A stretch of 64,000 bases of DNA from Longimicrobiales bacterium (GTDB lineage: Bacteria; Gemmatimonadota; Gemmatimonadetes; Longimicrobiales; Gaopeijiaceae): positions 2,432,001 to 2,496,000 of the forward strand of contig OZ241869.1 of NCBI GenBank assembly GCA_965202805.1, in the 5' to 3' direction. The position numbers and the translations under genes were made by a program. The notes under the pieces were generated by a model that saw nothing but the letters and a program-made list of their open reading frames with translations, ran no database searches and was not told the origin of the DNA. Shown piece after piece: positions 18,881 through 29,195 of the stretch (position 1 is its first letter; the number at the start of each line of letters is the position of its first letter).

Positions 18881-19342
18881 TTGGAAATCGCGGTCCTGTC
18901 ATCGGCGTTTGCCGCCTCCGTGGCGAGCGGACTGGTGCCGTTCGTGAACGCGGAAGTGGTGGTGGCGGCGGCCGCCGTCGCGGTGCCCGGGGCCCAGGTG
19001 TGGCTGGTGGTCACGGTGTGTACGCTGGGCCAGATGATCGCCAAGGCCGCGCTCTACGCGCTGGCGCGCTGGCTGCCCCGGAAGCTGCCGGCCCGGGCGA
19101 CGCGCCACCTCGAGCGAGCCTCCGAAAAGGCCAGACGACTCGAGCAGGCCGGATGGACGCTGATTCTGGTCAGCGCGTTCGTGGGGCTGCCGCCCTTCTA
19201 CGTGATCTCGCTGACCGCGGGCATCGTGCGCACCAACTTCGCCGCGTTCCTGATGCTCGGCTTCGCAGGACGGTGGGCCCGCTTCGCGATCCTGGCGTAC
19301 GGAGCGGCGGCCGCGGGCGGGGCGATCCAGGGGGGGCTGTGA
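18881..19342 (+). CDS. VTT/SNARE-associated (DedA/YqaA-like) membrane protein
   Basis: TTG start after gagggg; SGLVPFVNAE; SAFVGLPPFY; F...GFAGRWARF. Confidence 0.8.
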   Translation: MEIAVLSSAFAASVASGLVPFVNAEVVVAAAAVAVPGAQVWLVVTVCTLGQMIAKAALYALARWLPRKLPARATRHLERASEKARRLEQAGWTLILVSAFVGLPPFYVISLTAGIVRTNFAAFLMLGFAGRWARFAILAYGAAAAGGAIQGGL

Positions 19343-20094
19343 GCGCCTCGGCGGACATGGAGCGGGCGCGGCGGCTCGTGCGGGAGGCCGGGCGGGTGGT
19401 GGCCCTCACCGGCGCGGGCATCTCGGCCGAGTCGGGCGTGCCCACCTTCCGCGACGCGACCGGGCTGTGGCGCAACTACCGGCCCGAGGACCTCGCCACG
19501 CCGCAGGCGTTCGCGCGCGACCCGCGCACCGCGTGGGAGTGGTACGACTGGCGACGGTCGGTGCTGGCGGGCTGCGCTCCCAACCCCGGGCACCGGGCGC
19601 TGGCGCGCTTCTTCCTCGGGCGCGGCACGGCCGGGCTGGTGACCCAGAACGTGGACGGGCTGCACACCCGCGCGGCACTGGAGGAGGCCGGGACGGGAGC
19701 GGCCGACGCGGCGCTCCCGGTCGAGCTGCACGGGGCGGTCGGGCGGGACCGCTGCAACCGCTGCGAGGCGCGCTTCCCCGCCGAGCCCCTCGGCGAGGCA
19801 CTGCCCCGGTGCGACTCCTGCGGCGGCCTGCGCCGTCCGGACGTGGTGCTCTTCGGCGAGTCGCTGGATGGCGACGTGCTGGGCCGTGCCTACTCGCTGG
19901 CGGGGCGCGCCGACCTCTGCCTGGTGGTGGGCACCAGCGCGGTCGTCTACCCGGCGGCGGCGGTCCCGCTGGCCACCCTGGAGGCGGGTGGCAGCCTCAT
20001 AGAGGTGAACCTGGAAGACACCCCGCTCACCGGGTCCGCGACGGTGGCGCTGCGGGGGGCGGCGGGGAAGGTGCTCCCGGCCCTTCTGGACTGA
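19339..20094 (+). CDS. cobB: NAD-dependent protein deacylase (class III sirtuin)
   Basis: GAGISAESGVPTFR, TQNVDGLH, ELHG, CxxC...CxxC, RPDVVLFGE, GTSAVVYPA; YxxR (WYDWR) desuccinylase signature. Confidence 0.95.
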   Translation: MSASADMERARRLVREAGRVVALTGAGISAESGVPTFRDATGLWRNYRPEDLATPQAFARDPRTAWEWYDWRRSVLAGCAPNPGHRALARFFLGRGTAGLVTQNVDGLHTRAALEEAGTGAADAALPVELHGAVGRDRCNRCEARFPAEPLGEALPRCDSCGGLRRPDVVLFGESLDGDVLGRAYSLAGRADLCLVVGTSAVVYPAAAVPLATLEAGGSLIEVNLEDTPLTGSATVALRGAAGKVLPALLD

Positions 20095-20133
20095 GAGCAC
20101 CTCCGGCCCGCCGGGGAGCGAGACCGCGCGGGT

Positions 20134-22215
20134 CTACTCGCGACCCGGGGTCAGCGAGAGCCGCGGCGGTCCTTCGCCCACGACCCGTGGCGACGCCTCC
20201 CGGACCGCGCCGACATCGTTCACGGCGTCCAGCGGGACCACCGTGCGGTATCTGTCTGCACCGGCGGTGGCGGAGCTACCCTCGACCGGGACACCGTTGA
20301 GTTCGAACCAGTCCAGGAGGCTCGGAGCGGTGAGCGCCGGATCATGGGTCCACAAGTGAACTCCATCGATTGTCGTAATCGCGTCGCCGAAGCTCAGTAC
20401 GCCCGCAGAAGCCGAGAAGAGCGTTTCTTCTCCCGCCAGCGCCTGGAACATCCCGTCCTGCACCCTGACCGTGATGTCCGTGAACTCGCCGGGACCGTCA
20501 TTGACGGCATCGGAAATTCCGCGGAAAGCAACTCCGTCGCGACCGGAAATGAAGTACCAGTTCGCGTCCCGACCCTCCGGCTCGAAGTACACTTGAAGCC
20601 CGTAGTTGATCGTCTCCGTATTGCCGCCCCCAAAGTTGAGGACCGTGGTGCCGATGTAGAGTCTGAACGCCCCGGTGCTCCGCTCGCCGGGGTCTGCGAC
20701 ATCGAAGAACAATGCTGTTCGCATCGTGTCGGCCTGGCGGCCCACGCGAGCCTGGACTTCCCATGAGGTGATCGGCGGGTCCAAGTCACGGCCGACGATT
20801 CCCCAGAGGGTGTCCGCCGTGTTGGTCACCCTCAGAATGCCCTCGGAGACCTCGCCCGTGGCGTTTTGGAACCCCCACTCTTCCAGGCTGCTTTCGTCGT
20901 CGAAGTCGTCGCGGAAGATCAACCCCGCAGCGGGAAGGACGGTTACATCGAAAGATACCGACGCCGAGAGTCCGCCCGGATCGGTTGCCGTTACGGTCCC
21001 CGTCGCCGTCCCCACCTCGATGGTCGCCACATTGAGCACGCTGCCCGTCGCCGACACGGTCGCGACGCCCGGATTCGACGACTCGGCCGAATAGGTCAGC
21101 TCGTCGTCATCCGGGTCGAAGAAGAGCGGGTTTTCGCCCTCCAGTTCCAGCGATCCCGACCACCCTGCCGACCGCGAAATATCGTTTATCTGGCCTCGCG
21201 CCTCAGGTGCCTGGTTGACCCGCTCGATCACCGTGACGGTACCGCTCAGCGAAGCCGTCAGGCCGTACGGATCGGTCGCCGTGACCGTCACGGTCGCGGT
21301 CCCGATGGTCACCGCGGTCACCGTCATCGTGGAGCCCGACACCGACACGGTCGCCACCCCCGCGTCCAACGATTCCGCCTCGTAGGTCAGGGTCTGTCCG
21401 TTCGGGTCGGTGAAGAAGGAGGCGACGTTCACCGTCTCGGAATTGCGCTCCTGAATGCTCAGCGACGGCAGCGAGTCCCGGGCCGTCTCCGGCGGGAGGT
21501 TGGGTGCCACGGTCACGGGTACGCTGAGGGAACCGGACAGGCCGTCCGGGTCGGTCGCGGTGACCGTGAGCGTCGTCGAGCCGGCGCCCACCGTCGCGGC
21601 CGACACCACGCTGCCCGACACCGTCACTGTCGCCACGGAGGCGTTGGCGCTGGTCGCCGTGTAGGTCAGCGCGTCCCCGTCCGGATCGGTAAAGAACGGA
21701 GACACGTCGAGGTTCAGGGTGTCGCCCACTATGGCCGTCAGCGCGGGCGCGACCGGCACCTGCGGTACCGGCGCCCGGTTGGGCTCCATCACCGTCACGT
21801 TGGCGCTGGCCGCGGTGGAGAGCCCCGCGGGGTCGCGGGCGGTCACGGTGACCGTCGCGCTGCCGGCGGCCACGGCCGTGATGGTCAGATCGGTGCCCGA
21901 CAGGGCGACACTCGCCACGCCCGCGTTGGACGAGATCGCGGTGAAGGTCAGGGCGTCGCCGTCGGGGTCGCTGAAGAGGCCGCCCACGCTCACCGTAACG
22001 GATTCGCCCGCCGTCATGGTCTGGGCCGGGATCGAGCCCGACGCCACCGGCGGCCGGTTGGGCTGCGGCGCCGGCGGGGGCTCGGTGGTGCCTCCGTCTC
22101 CGCCGCAGGCGGCGGCCCAGGCCACGGCCAGCAGCGCCAGCGGCCGAACGAGGCGTCCCCGGAGCACGCGGGACGGGTGGACACCACAATCAGATGGCAA
22201 ACCTGAACCTGTCAT
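20134..22215 (-). CDS. Lipoprotein with four cadherin/Big-like Ig repeats and a C-terminal beta-sandwich domain
   Basis: Lipobox AAAC; four NxxP...FxDP(D/N)...TVTA(T/R)DP repeats; C-terminal FRDDFD...DWFELNG domain. Confidence 0.85.
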   Translation of the reverse strand: MTGSGLPSDCGVHPSRVLRGRLVRPLALLAVAWAAACGGDGGTTEPPPAPQPNRPPVASGSIPAQTMTAGESVTVSVGGLFSDPDGDALTFTAISSNAGVASVALSGTDLTITAVAAGSATVTVTARDPAGLSTAASANVTVMEPNRAPVPQVPVAPALTAIVGDTLNLDVSPFFTDPDGDALTYTATSANASVATVTVSGSVVSAATVGAGSTTLTVTATDPDGLSGSLSVPVTVAPNLPPETARDSLPSLSIQERNSETVNVASFFTDPNGQTLTYEAESLDAGVATVSVSGSTMTVTAVTIGTATVTVTATDPYGLTASLSGTVTVIERVNQAPEARGQINDISRSAGWSGSLELEGENPLFFDPDDDELTYSAESSNPGVATVSATGSVLNVATIEVGTATGTVTATDPGGLSASVSFDVTVLPAAGLIFRDDFDDESSLEEWGFQNATGEVSEGILRVTNTADTLWGIVGRDLDPPITSWEVQARVGRQADTMRTALFFDVADPGERSTGAFRLYIGTTVLNFGGGNTETINYGLQVYFEPEGRDANWYFISGRDGVAFRGISDAVNDGPGEFTDITVRVQDGMFQALAGEETLFSASAGVLSFGDAITTIDGVHLWTHDPALTAPSLLDWFELNGVPVEGSSATAGADRYRTVVPLDAVNDVGAVREASPRVVGEGPPRLSLTPGRE

Positions 22216-22332
22216 CTACAGAGATACCTTTTGCGTGGATTGGCTGAGGGGTTCCGACCTGCAGCCGCACAGGTCGGTGCGCCTGAAACATGAGGCCGCG
22301 CCCCGAAAAAACGAAATGGCGGTCGTTTGGCG

Positions 22333-23802
22333 TCAGCGCGCACCCGGCCCGGCTCCGGACAGCCGCAGCATCCGCGCCGCCGCGGCCATTGCGGTGCCGG
22401 GTGTCGCGGGCTTCCCGGTGGCGGCCGCCGCCGCGTCCGTTGCGGCGCTTGCGGTTGCGGCCCCGGCGGTGTGCGTTCCGCTCACCTCCACCCAGTCGAA
22501 GAGGGCGGTTCTCGCCTCCGCGCCATCCAGCGGAAAGACCCACAGGCCGATCGCGATCAGACGAGTCGGATGGTCGCTGCCCAGGGTGACCGCGAAGAGC
22601 TCGGTCTCACCGGCCCACGCACGCAACTCGCCGTCATCCAGCGATACGGCGATCTCCGTGAACTCGCCGGCACCGTCGTGAACGGCGTCCGAGACCCCGT
22701 AGGTGTCCTCGATGACCACCCAGCGGTTCTCAGGGGGCCACCGTGTCCGATCCAGCACGTAGAAGCGGTAGTTGGTGTCGTTTCCGCCGACGGAGACGCC
22801 GGACCCGATATCGAGTGCGTACCACGCGTAGCGCTCGTGCCCGGTCGCGAAGATCACCGACGCGACCACGCTGTCCGTCCGCGTGCGTCCCAGGCGTGCG
22901 CGCATCTCCCAGAAATTGATCGGGGCCTCAAGGACGCGATTCGCGCGGCCCGCGATGCCGCGTTCGAGGTTGGTGAGCGCCAGGACACCCTCGGACAGCA
23001 CCGTGTCCGCCTGTTCAACGCCCCACGCCTCCAGTCCCGCATCGAAGTCTTCCCGGAAGCCGAGCATTGGCCCCGGCACCACCGTCACCGCGACTTCATG
23101 CGCCGCCGTGAGGCCGCCGGGATCACGGGCCGTCAACGCCAGCGTCGTCGTGCCCGCCGCCACGCCCGAGATCGACATCGTCAGGCCGGAAACCGAAGCC
23201 AGGGCCACACGGGGGTTCGAAGAGGAAGCCTGGTAGCTGAGCGCACCCCCGTCCGGGTCGTCGAAGTACGAAGCCACCTCCAGCAGGGCCGTCTGGCCGG
23301 AGGCCAGGCTCACCGCCGGAATCGAGCCCGTCGCCACGGGCGCCCGGTTGGGCCGCACCGTCACACCGGTGCTCTGGGTGGCCGCCAGCCCGCCCGGATC
23401 GCGGGCGGTCAGAGTCAGGATCGCCCTGCCCGAAGTCACCGCGGTGACCGTCACCAGGGTGCCGGACACCTCGACCCGCGCAGCAGCCGCGTCCGTTCTC
23501 GCCTCGTAGCTCAGGCTGTCGCCGTCGGGATCGGTGAAATAGGGAGACGCCTCCACCAGCACCATCTGTCCCTCGATCAGGGAGAGGGCGGGGATGGACG
23601 CCGCGGCCACCGGCGCCCGGTTCCGGTCCGCGAGGGTGGGCCCGGTCGTGCCGGGGCGGCAGCCGGCGGCTCCCAGGACCAGCAGCAGGAGCCCGCAGCC
23701 GAGAGCTGCGGGAGCGCCCCGCGGACGATGGATGAACGCGCGAGGTCCACCCCGCCCGCGCCCCGTCCCCCGGGTCTCGCCTGCCGGAATGCGTTCGTTC
23801 AC
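22333..23802 (-). CDS. Lipoprotein with two cadherin/Big-like Ig repeats and a paralogous C-terminal domain
   Basis: Lipobox AAGC; two NRAPV...YFxDPDG...TARDPGGL repeats; FREDFD...DWVEVSG domain. Confidence 0.85.
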   Translation of the reverse strand: MNERIPAGETRGTGRGRGGPRAFIHRPRGAPAALGCGLLLLVLGAAGCRPGTTGPTLADRNRAPVAAASIPALSLIEGQMVLVEASPYFTDPDGDSLSYEARTDAAAARVEVSGTLVTVTAVTSGRAILTLTARDPGGLAATQSTGVTVRPNRAPVATGSIPAVSLASGQTALLEVASYFDDPDGGALSYQASSSNPRVALASVSGLTMSISGVAAGTTTLALTARDPGGLTAAHEVAVTVVPGPMLGFREDFDAGLEAWGVEQADTVLSEGVLALTNLERGIAGRANRVLEAPINFWEMRARLGRTRTDSVVASVIFATGHERYAWYALDIGSGVSVGGNDTNYRFYVLDRTRWPPENRWVVIEDTYGVSDAVHDGAGEFTEIAVSLDDGELRAWAGETELFAVTLGSDHPTRLIAIGLWVFPLDGAEARTALFDWVEVSGTHTAGAATASAATDAAAAATGKPATPGTAMAAAARMLRLSGAGPGAR

Positions 23803-23956
23803 GGGCCGCTACAACTCCGAAATCCCGACCGCCGTCACGCCGGCACCCATGGGCAGCCGGCCCTCTCCGGCATGAACCAGGTATCCGGGGGCGAGCCGGC
23901 TTCGACCAGGATTATCGGCGGAGCCACCGGAAGTGCCTTCAGCTCGACGGCGCTCC

Positions 23957-24934
23957 TCACCCTTCCTGCACATACTCGGCCACCGCCCGGTGCGTCGCGT
24001 ACCACACGTTGCCGCGGGCGTTGATGTGCTCGATCAGGCCTTCCAGGATGAGGATGCGGGAGCGGTGGCCGATGTAGTGCGGGTGCATGGTGAGCACGAG
24101 CATGGTGCCCTCCTCCCAGGCGCGGTCGAACTCGTCGATGTAGACCTGGAGGACGTCGCGGGGGGCGCTGTAGCTGTTGCCGCGCGGGTTCAGGAGGGGG
24201 GCGTCGTCGAGAATCCACTCCACGGGCAGTTCGATCAGGCCGGTGGGCTCGCCGTTGGCGACGATCTCGTAGGGCCGGTCGTCGGCCATCAGCGAGCTGT
24301 CGTAGAGGAAGTCCATGTCGAGGATGATGTCGAGGGTGCTGGGGCTGAAGTTCCACGACGGGGCCCGATAGCCGACCGGCCGCTCGCCGGTGACCTCGGT
24401 CAGATACGCGACCGCGCGTTCCAGCAGGGCCCGCTCTTCGTCTCCCTCGAGCAGCGAGTTGGTCTCGTGGATCCAGCCGTGAATGCCGATCTCGTGGTGA
24501 CCCGCGGCCTGGATCGCGTCCAGCATTTCAGGGTTGAACTGGAGGCTCATCGCCGGGATGAAGAAGGATGCGGGGATGTCGTGCTCGTCGAGGATCTCGA
24601 TTATCCGCGGGAGCGCGCGGCGGGCGCCGTACTGGCCCTGCGACAGGCCGCCGATGGTGGGTTGCCCGTTGCGGATGGGAATGGTTTCGTTGTCCACGTC
24701 GAAGGAGAGCAGCACCGCGGCGCGGGCCCCGCCCGGCCAGCTGTCGGGCGTGAGGTCGCGTCCGGCCCTTACTGCGTTGACGGTCGCGAAGACGCGCTCG
24801 TCGCTCCAACGCCAGGCGGGCTCGTCGGCGTCGTCGGGCGACTGGGCGGCGTCCGCGGTCCCGGCCCCGGGGGCGCAGGAGGAGAGGATGATGGCGACGG
24901 CTGCGACGGCGATGAGGGTCAGGCGCGCGTTCAT
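23957..24934 (-). CDS. Polysaccharide deacetylase (PgdA/PuuE-like CE4) lipoprotein
   Basis: Lipobox LSSC; LSFDVD, GHHEIGIHGWIHE, GYRAPSW, YDSSLM, LTMHPHYIG. Confidence 0.92.
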   Translation of the reverse strand: MNARLTLIAVAAVAIILSSCAPGAGTADAAQSPDDADEPAWRWSDERVFATVNAVRAGRDLTPDSWPGGARAAVLLSFDVDNETIPIRNGQPTIGGLSQGQYGARRALPRIIEILDEHDIPASFFIPAMSLQFNPEMLDAIQAAGHHEIGIHGWIHETNSLLEGDEERALLERAVAYLTEVTGERPVGYRAPSWNFSPSTLDIILDMDFLYDSSLMADDRPYEIVANGEPTGLIELPVEWILDDAPLLNPRGNSYSAPRDVLQVYIDEFDRAWEEGTMLVLTMHPHYIGHRSRILILEGLIEHINARGNVWYATHRAVAEYVQEG

Positions 24935-25133
24935 GGGTGCTCCCGGGTTCGGGTTCCGGTCGGGGGGCGCAGTCGCAACAATACGGATTCGGTATGGAGC
25001 GTAACAGTATGCGAGGGAGACGCAGGGATGCGGGCGAGGACCGTGGGACGCCTGCGGCGTGCGGGGCCCCGGATGGCAGGTGGGTCTGGCCATGCAGGCG
25101 GGGCGTGACGATGTACGGAACAGGCGCAGGCCT

Positions 25134-26546
25134 GTGAGCGCCCCCGCAGACCTGGCATTTCTTCCGGCCAGCGAACTCGCTGCGCGGGTCGCGGCGCGGG
25201 AGGTGGCGGCAGAGGAGGTGGTGTCGGCGGCGCTCGACCGCATCGGGCGGCACAACCCCGTGGTGAACGCGGTGGTGACCCTCTCCCCGCACGCCCTGGA
25301 CGATGCGCGCGCGATCGACCGGCGGCTGGCGCGGGGCGAGGATACCGGGCCGCTCGCGGGGGTGCCGGTCGGGATCAAGGACATGACGGCGGTGGCGGGG
25401 CTGCGCACCACGTACGGATCCCCGCTGTATGCCGACCATGTGCCCGACGAGGACGCGCTGGTGGTGCGCCGCCTGCGGGCCGGCGGGGCGGTGGTGGTCG
25501 GCAAGACCAACACGCCGGAGTTCGCCGCGGGGGCGAACACCTTCAACGACGTGTTCGGCGCCACCCGCAACCCGTGGGATCCGGCGCTCTCGGCGGGAGG
25601 GTCGACCGGCGGGGGGGCGGCGGGGCTCGCGACCGGCATGTTCGCGCTGGCGGAGGGGACCGACCTGGGCGGGTCGCTGCGGATCCCGGCGGCCTTCTGC
25701 GGGGTGACCGGGCTGCGCCCCTCCCCCGGCCTGGTCCCCACCGAGCCCACCGACTGGGTGTGGGACACCATCATGGTCACCGGGCTGATGGCGCGCACGG
25801 CAGGGGACCTGGCGCTCGGGCTGCAGGCGGTCGCGGGGCCGTCGGCGGGGTCGCCCCTCCGGCAGCCGGCCGCAGGGCGGGACTTCCCGGCCGCCGCCCG
25901 GGCGGGAATGGCACACGGCGCCCGCATCGCCTACGTCGCGGACCTGGCGGGGATGGGGGTGGATGCGGGGGTGGAGGGGGTGTGCCGGGAGGCGGCGTTC
26001 GAGCTGGGCCGGGCGGGCGCCGCGGTGGAGGAGATCGACCTGGACCTCTCGCATGCCCGGCGAGCCTTCCTCGACCTGCGCGGGCAATGGATGGTCGCGC
26101 ACCACCAGGACCGCCTGGACCGCATCGACGAGCTGGGCCCCAACCTGGCCGGCAACATCCGCGCGGGTCTCGCCACCACGCCGGGGCAGCTCGGCCGCGC
26201 CAACCGGGTGCGCAGCGACCTCTGGCGCCGCTTCGCCCAACTGCGGCGCGACTTCGACTACCTGCTCACGCCGTGCACCGCCGTGCCCCCCTTCCCCGTC
26301 GAACAGAGCCACCCCACCGAGATCGCGGGCCGCGCGCTGGAGACTTACGTGGACTGGTTCGCCCCGACCTTCGTGCTCTCGCTCACCGGCCTTCCTGTCG
26401 CGTCGGTGCCCGCCGGACCGGACCCGCGCGGGCTCCCGGCGGGCCTCCAGGTGGTGGGTCCTCCCGCAGGCGAGGAGGCGGTGCTCGCCCTGGCGGCCAC
26501 GCTCGAGCGCCTGCGCCCTCCGGAGCGGCCACCGCTCGCGAACTAG
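25134..26546 (+). CDS. Amidase (amidase-signature family)
   Basis: GVPVGIKD, GKTNTPEF, GGSTGG, GTDLGGSLRIPA; GTG start inferred. Confidence 0.93.
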   Translation: MSAPADLAFLPASELAARVAAREVAAEEVVSAALDRIGRHNPVVNAVVTLSPHALDDARAIDRRLARGEDTGPLAGVPVGIKDMTAVAGLRTTYGSPLYADHVPDEDALVVRRLRAGGAVVVGKTNTPEFAAGANTFNDVFGATRNPWDPALSAGGSTGGGAAGLATGMFALAEGTDLGGSLRIPAAFCGVTGLRPSPGLVPTEPTDWVWDTIMVTGLMARTAGDLALGLQAVAGPSAGSPLRQPAAGRDFPAAARAGMAHGARIAYVADLAGMGVDAGVEGVCREAAFELGRAGAAVEEIDLDLSHARRAFLDLRGQWMVAHHQDRLDRIDELGPNLAGNIRAGLATTPGQLGRANRVRSDLWRRFAQLRRDFDYLLTPCTAVPPFPVEQSHPTEIAGRALETYVDWFAPTFVLSLTGLPVASVPAGPDPRGLPAGLQVVGPPAGEEAVLALAATLERLRPPERPPLAN

Positions 26547-26778
26547 CCAACGCCCGGGAGCGACCGGCCCGACCGCCTTCCGCCGACGGCGCGCGGCCGG
26601 TTCGGGCGGCGCGCGGAACTCCGCCGGCGGGAGCGTCGTTCCGGGCGGCAGCGCGAGTCACTCCCGCGCTTGCCCGCCCTCCGCGCGGCATCTACGATCT
26701 TCCCATCATCCGGCAACGTCCGGGTCGGGCGAATCCGCATACGGCATCCCATCTCCCATCGACTGAAAGGAGCAAGTC

Positions 26779-27867
26779 ATGGCCAGAGCAGCTTCCGGTA
26801 CTTCCCGCCGGCGATTCTTCAAGCAGGGCTTCGGCGTCGGAGCGGGCGCACTCGCCCTCCGCCGCTGGCCCCGAGGGCTGCTGCGCCGGCAACAGGCCGG
26901 CGTCCCCCTCATCATCACCAGCCACACCAACGAGACCGGGCGCAACGCCATGGCGCAGGCCTGGGACATCCTCTCGCAGGGCGGGAGCGCGCTGGACGCG
27001 GTGGAGCGCGGGGCCAACGTCATCGAAGTGGATCCGGATGATGCCGGGGTCGGCTACGGCGGACTTCCCAACGAGGACGGCGTCGTGCAGCTCGACGCCT
27101 CCTGCATGGACGGCAAGACCTACAGCGCCGGGTGCGTCGCGTCGATCGAGGACATCAAGACCCCGTCGTCGGTCGCGCGGCTGGTGATGGAACGCACCGA
27201 CCACGTCATGCTGGTGGGACCGGGCGCGCGCGACTTCGCCCTCTCCTTCGGCTTCAAGGCGGAGAATCTGCTGACCGAGAACGCGCGCATGGCGTGGGTG
27301 CGCTGGCGCGAGACGCACAGCGAGAGGCGCGACGACTGGGGTCCGCCCGACCACATCCGCGACAGGCCGGACAAGCAGACCGGCGGGCTCCCGGGCGAGG
27401 ACGACTTCAACTACGGCACGACCAACGTGCTGGCGGTGGACGCCAACGGCGACGTGGCGGGCATCACCACCACCAGCGGCCTCTCCTGGAAGATCCCAGG
27501 GCGCATCGGCGACTCGCCCATCATCGGCGCGGGGCTCTACGTCGACAACGACGTGGGCGCGGCGGGGGTCACCGGGCGCGGCGAGGACGTGATCAAGTCT
27601 TGCGCGTCGTACTTCATCGTGGGGCGCATGCGCGAGGGACGCTCGCCGCAGGAGGCCTGCGAGGACGCGATCGAGATGATCGTGGGCCGGTACCACGCGG
27701 TCGGGCTCGACTTCGTGCCCAGCGAGAGGTTCGTGGCGATCAACAAGGACGGCGAGATCGGCTGCGCCCGCATGGCGGGAAGCGCCGGCCGCATCGGCAT
27801 CCTGACGTACCGCAACTCCTCCGGTCTCGACACCTTCGAGGGCACCCAGCTCTACCCGACGAGCTGA
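26779..27867 (+). CDS. Tat-exported N(4)-(beta-N-acetylglucosaminyl)-L-asparaginase / isoaspartyl peptidase (Ntn hydrolase)
   Basis: RBS aaagga; SRRRFF twin-Arg; VGYGGLPN, LDASCMDG, GTT nucleophile site, TTTSGL..KIPGRIGDSPIIGAG. Confidence 0.92.
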   Translation: MARAASGTSRRRFFKQGFGVGAGALALRRWPRGLLRRQQAGVPLIITSHTNETGRNAMAQAWDILSQGGSALDAVERGANVIEVDPDDAGVGYGGLPNEDGVVQLDASCMDGKTYSAGCVASIEDIKTPSSVARLVMERTDHVMLVGPGARDFALSFGFKAENLLTENARMAWVRWRETHSERRDDWGPPDHIRDRPDKQTGGLPGEDDFNYGTTNVLAVDANGDVAGITTTSGLSWKIPGRIGDSPIIGAGLYVDNDVGAAGVTGRGEDVIKSCASYFIVGRMREGRSPQEACEDAIEMIVGRYHAVGLDFVPSERFVAINKDGEIGCARMAGSAGRIGILTYRNSSGLDTFEGTQLYPTS

Positions 27868-27992
27868 AGCCTACCGGGCGGAACTCCGTGTCTGGCGGGC
27901 GGGCGGACCACGCTGATGCCGCGTCCGGCCCGCCCGCGGCGTCAGGCGCGCGCGTCACCTCCTCGTCGTCCGGTCCATCCGGCGCGCCCGCA

Positions 27993-28724
27993 ATGTCCGG
28001 TTCGCCCGCGGATGGCGTCGGCGCCTGGTGGGCCCGCGGTTTGCTGTTCGAGAGCTGCAACTGCCAGGTGGTCTGTCCGGGCCACGTACACTTCAGCCAG
28101 AACTGCACCCACGAGCGCTGCGTCGGCTACTGGGCCCTCCGCTTCGACGAGGGCCGGTTCGGTGACACGCGTCTCGACGGCGTGCGCGCGGTGGTCGCCT
28201 TCGAGTGTCCGCAGCTGATGATCGCGGGAGATTGGACCGAGGTGTTGCTGATCGACCAGGAGGCGTCGCCGGATCAGCGCACGGCCGTGGAAGCCATCCT
28301 GCGCGGCGATGCGGGCGGGCCCTGGGAGGTGCTCGCGCGCTTCGTCTCCGAATGGCTGCCCACGCGTTTCGTCCCCATCCATATCGAGGACGAGGGCAAG
28401 GTGAAGCGGGTGCGCGTGGGACCGCAAACGCAAGGCTCCGGGTCCGGGATGGAGGCTGCCGCGGCGCGGGCTGACGGGCCCGGCTCACCGGCGGGCGAAT
28501 CGGTCTCGCTCCTTGAGGCGTCCGTCGAGGATATTCGGGGATGGGACCGGGATCTTCCCGTCACGTTCCAGAACATGTTCAACCAGATCCACGCTTCCAC
28601 GCAGACCGTCGCCTGGGGCGAGACCCGCGGCGACATCGGCGGCATCCGACTGCGCAACCAGGGGACGCACGGCCTGCACTCGCGTTTCGAGTGGCGGGTG
28701 GGTAAACCGAAGGAGAGGAATTGA
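27993..28724 (+). CDS. DUF1326 domain protein (Cys-rich, putative metal-binding)
   Basis: WWARGLLFESCNCQVVCPGH..C...C..G; IDQEASPDQR.A.EAIL.G.AGGPW; start uncertain (alternative GTG 27888). Confidence 0.85.
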   Translation: MSGSPADGVGAWWARGLLFESCNCQVVCPGHVHFSQNCTHERCVGYWALRFDEGRFGDTRLDGVRAVVAFECPQLMIAGDWTEVLLIDQEASPDQRTAVEAILRGDAGGPWEVLARFVSEWLPTRFVPIHIEDEGKVKRVRVGPQTQGSGSGMEAAAARADGPGSPAGESVSLLEASVEDIRGWDRDLPVTFQNMFNQIHASTQTVAWGETRGDIGGIRLRNQGTHGLHSRFEWRVGKPKERN

Positions 28725-28843
28725 TGCTTCACCCACGTGATCATCACGTGCCGGCGTTCGAGTATCCGGAACCGTATCACGCGGAGGTCATCCGGTTTCT
28801 GCTGTCGGATCCCAACGAGCCTGCGGATCAGGGGTGGCGGTAG
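28724..28843 (+). pseudogene. 39-codon remnant resembling an alpha/beta-hydrolase C-terminus
   Basis: TGATG overlap plus aggagagg RBS; translates MLHPRDHHVPAFEYPEPYHAEVIRFLLSDPNEPADQGWR. Confidence 0.45.
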
Positions 28844-28859
28844 GAGGGGAGAGACCTGG

Positions 28860-29195
28860 CTACTGCAGCAGGACCCCGCCGATCGCGCCGGCGATCCACT
28901 GGTTGAGGCTCTTCCCCTCGGCGGCGGCCGCAGCCGCGGCGCTCGCGTGCAGATCCGGCGACATGCGCAGATGGAACTTCCCCGAGTACGACCTCCGGGG
29001 CTCGACGCCGTCCTCCTCGCACATCTCAAGAAACACCTTGAGCGAAGTGGCTCCCTCCCGCCTGAGACCGGCGACGTCGGGGGCGTAGAAGTCCGCTCCG
29101 CCGTTCAGGCCGATGAATTCGCCGCGGAACATGTCGATGTCGGGGTCGAACTGAATGACGGCCCTGTAGCCGTCGATCTCCATGGTGTTCTTCAC
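28860..29195 (-). CDS. hicB: HicB antitoxin
   Basis: GYRAVIQFDPDIDMFRGEFIGLNGGADFY..., C-terminal RHH YSGKFHLRMSPDLH...A.AEGKSLNQW. Confidence 0.93.
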   Translation of the reverse strand: MKNTMEIDGYRAVIQFDPDIDMFRGEFIGLNGGADFYAPDVAGLRREGATSLKVFLEMCEEDGVEPRRSYSGKFHLRMSPDLHASAAAAAAAEGKSLNQWIAGAIGGVLLQ

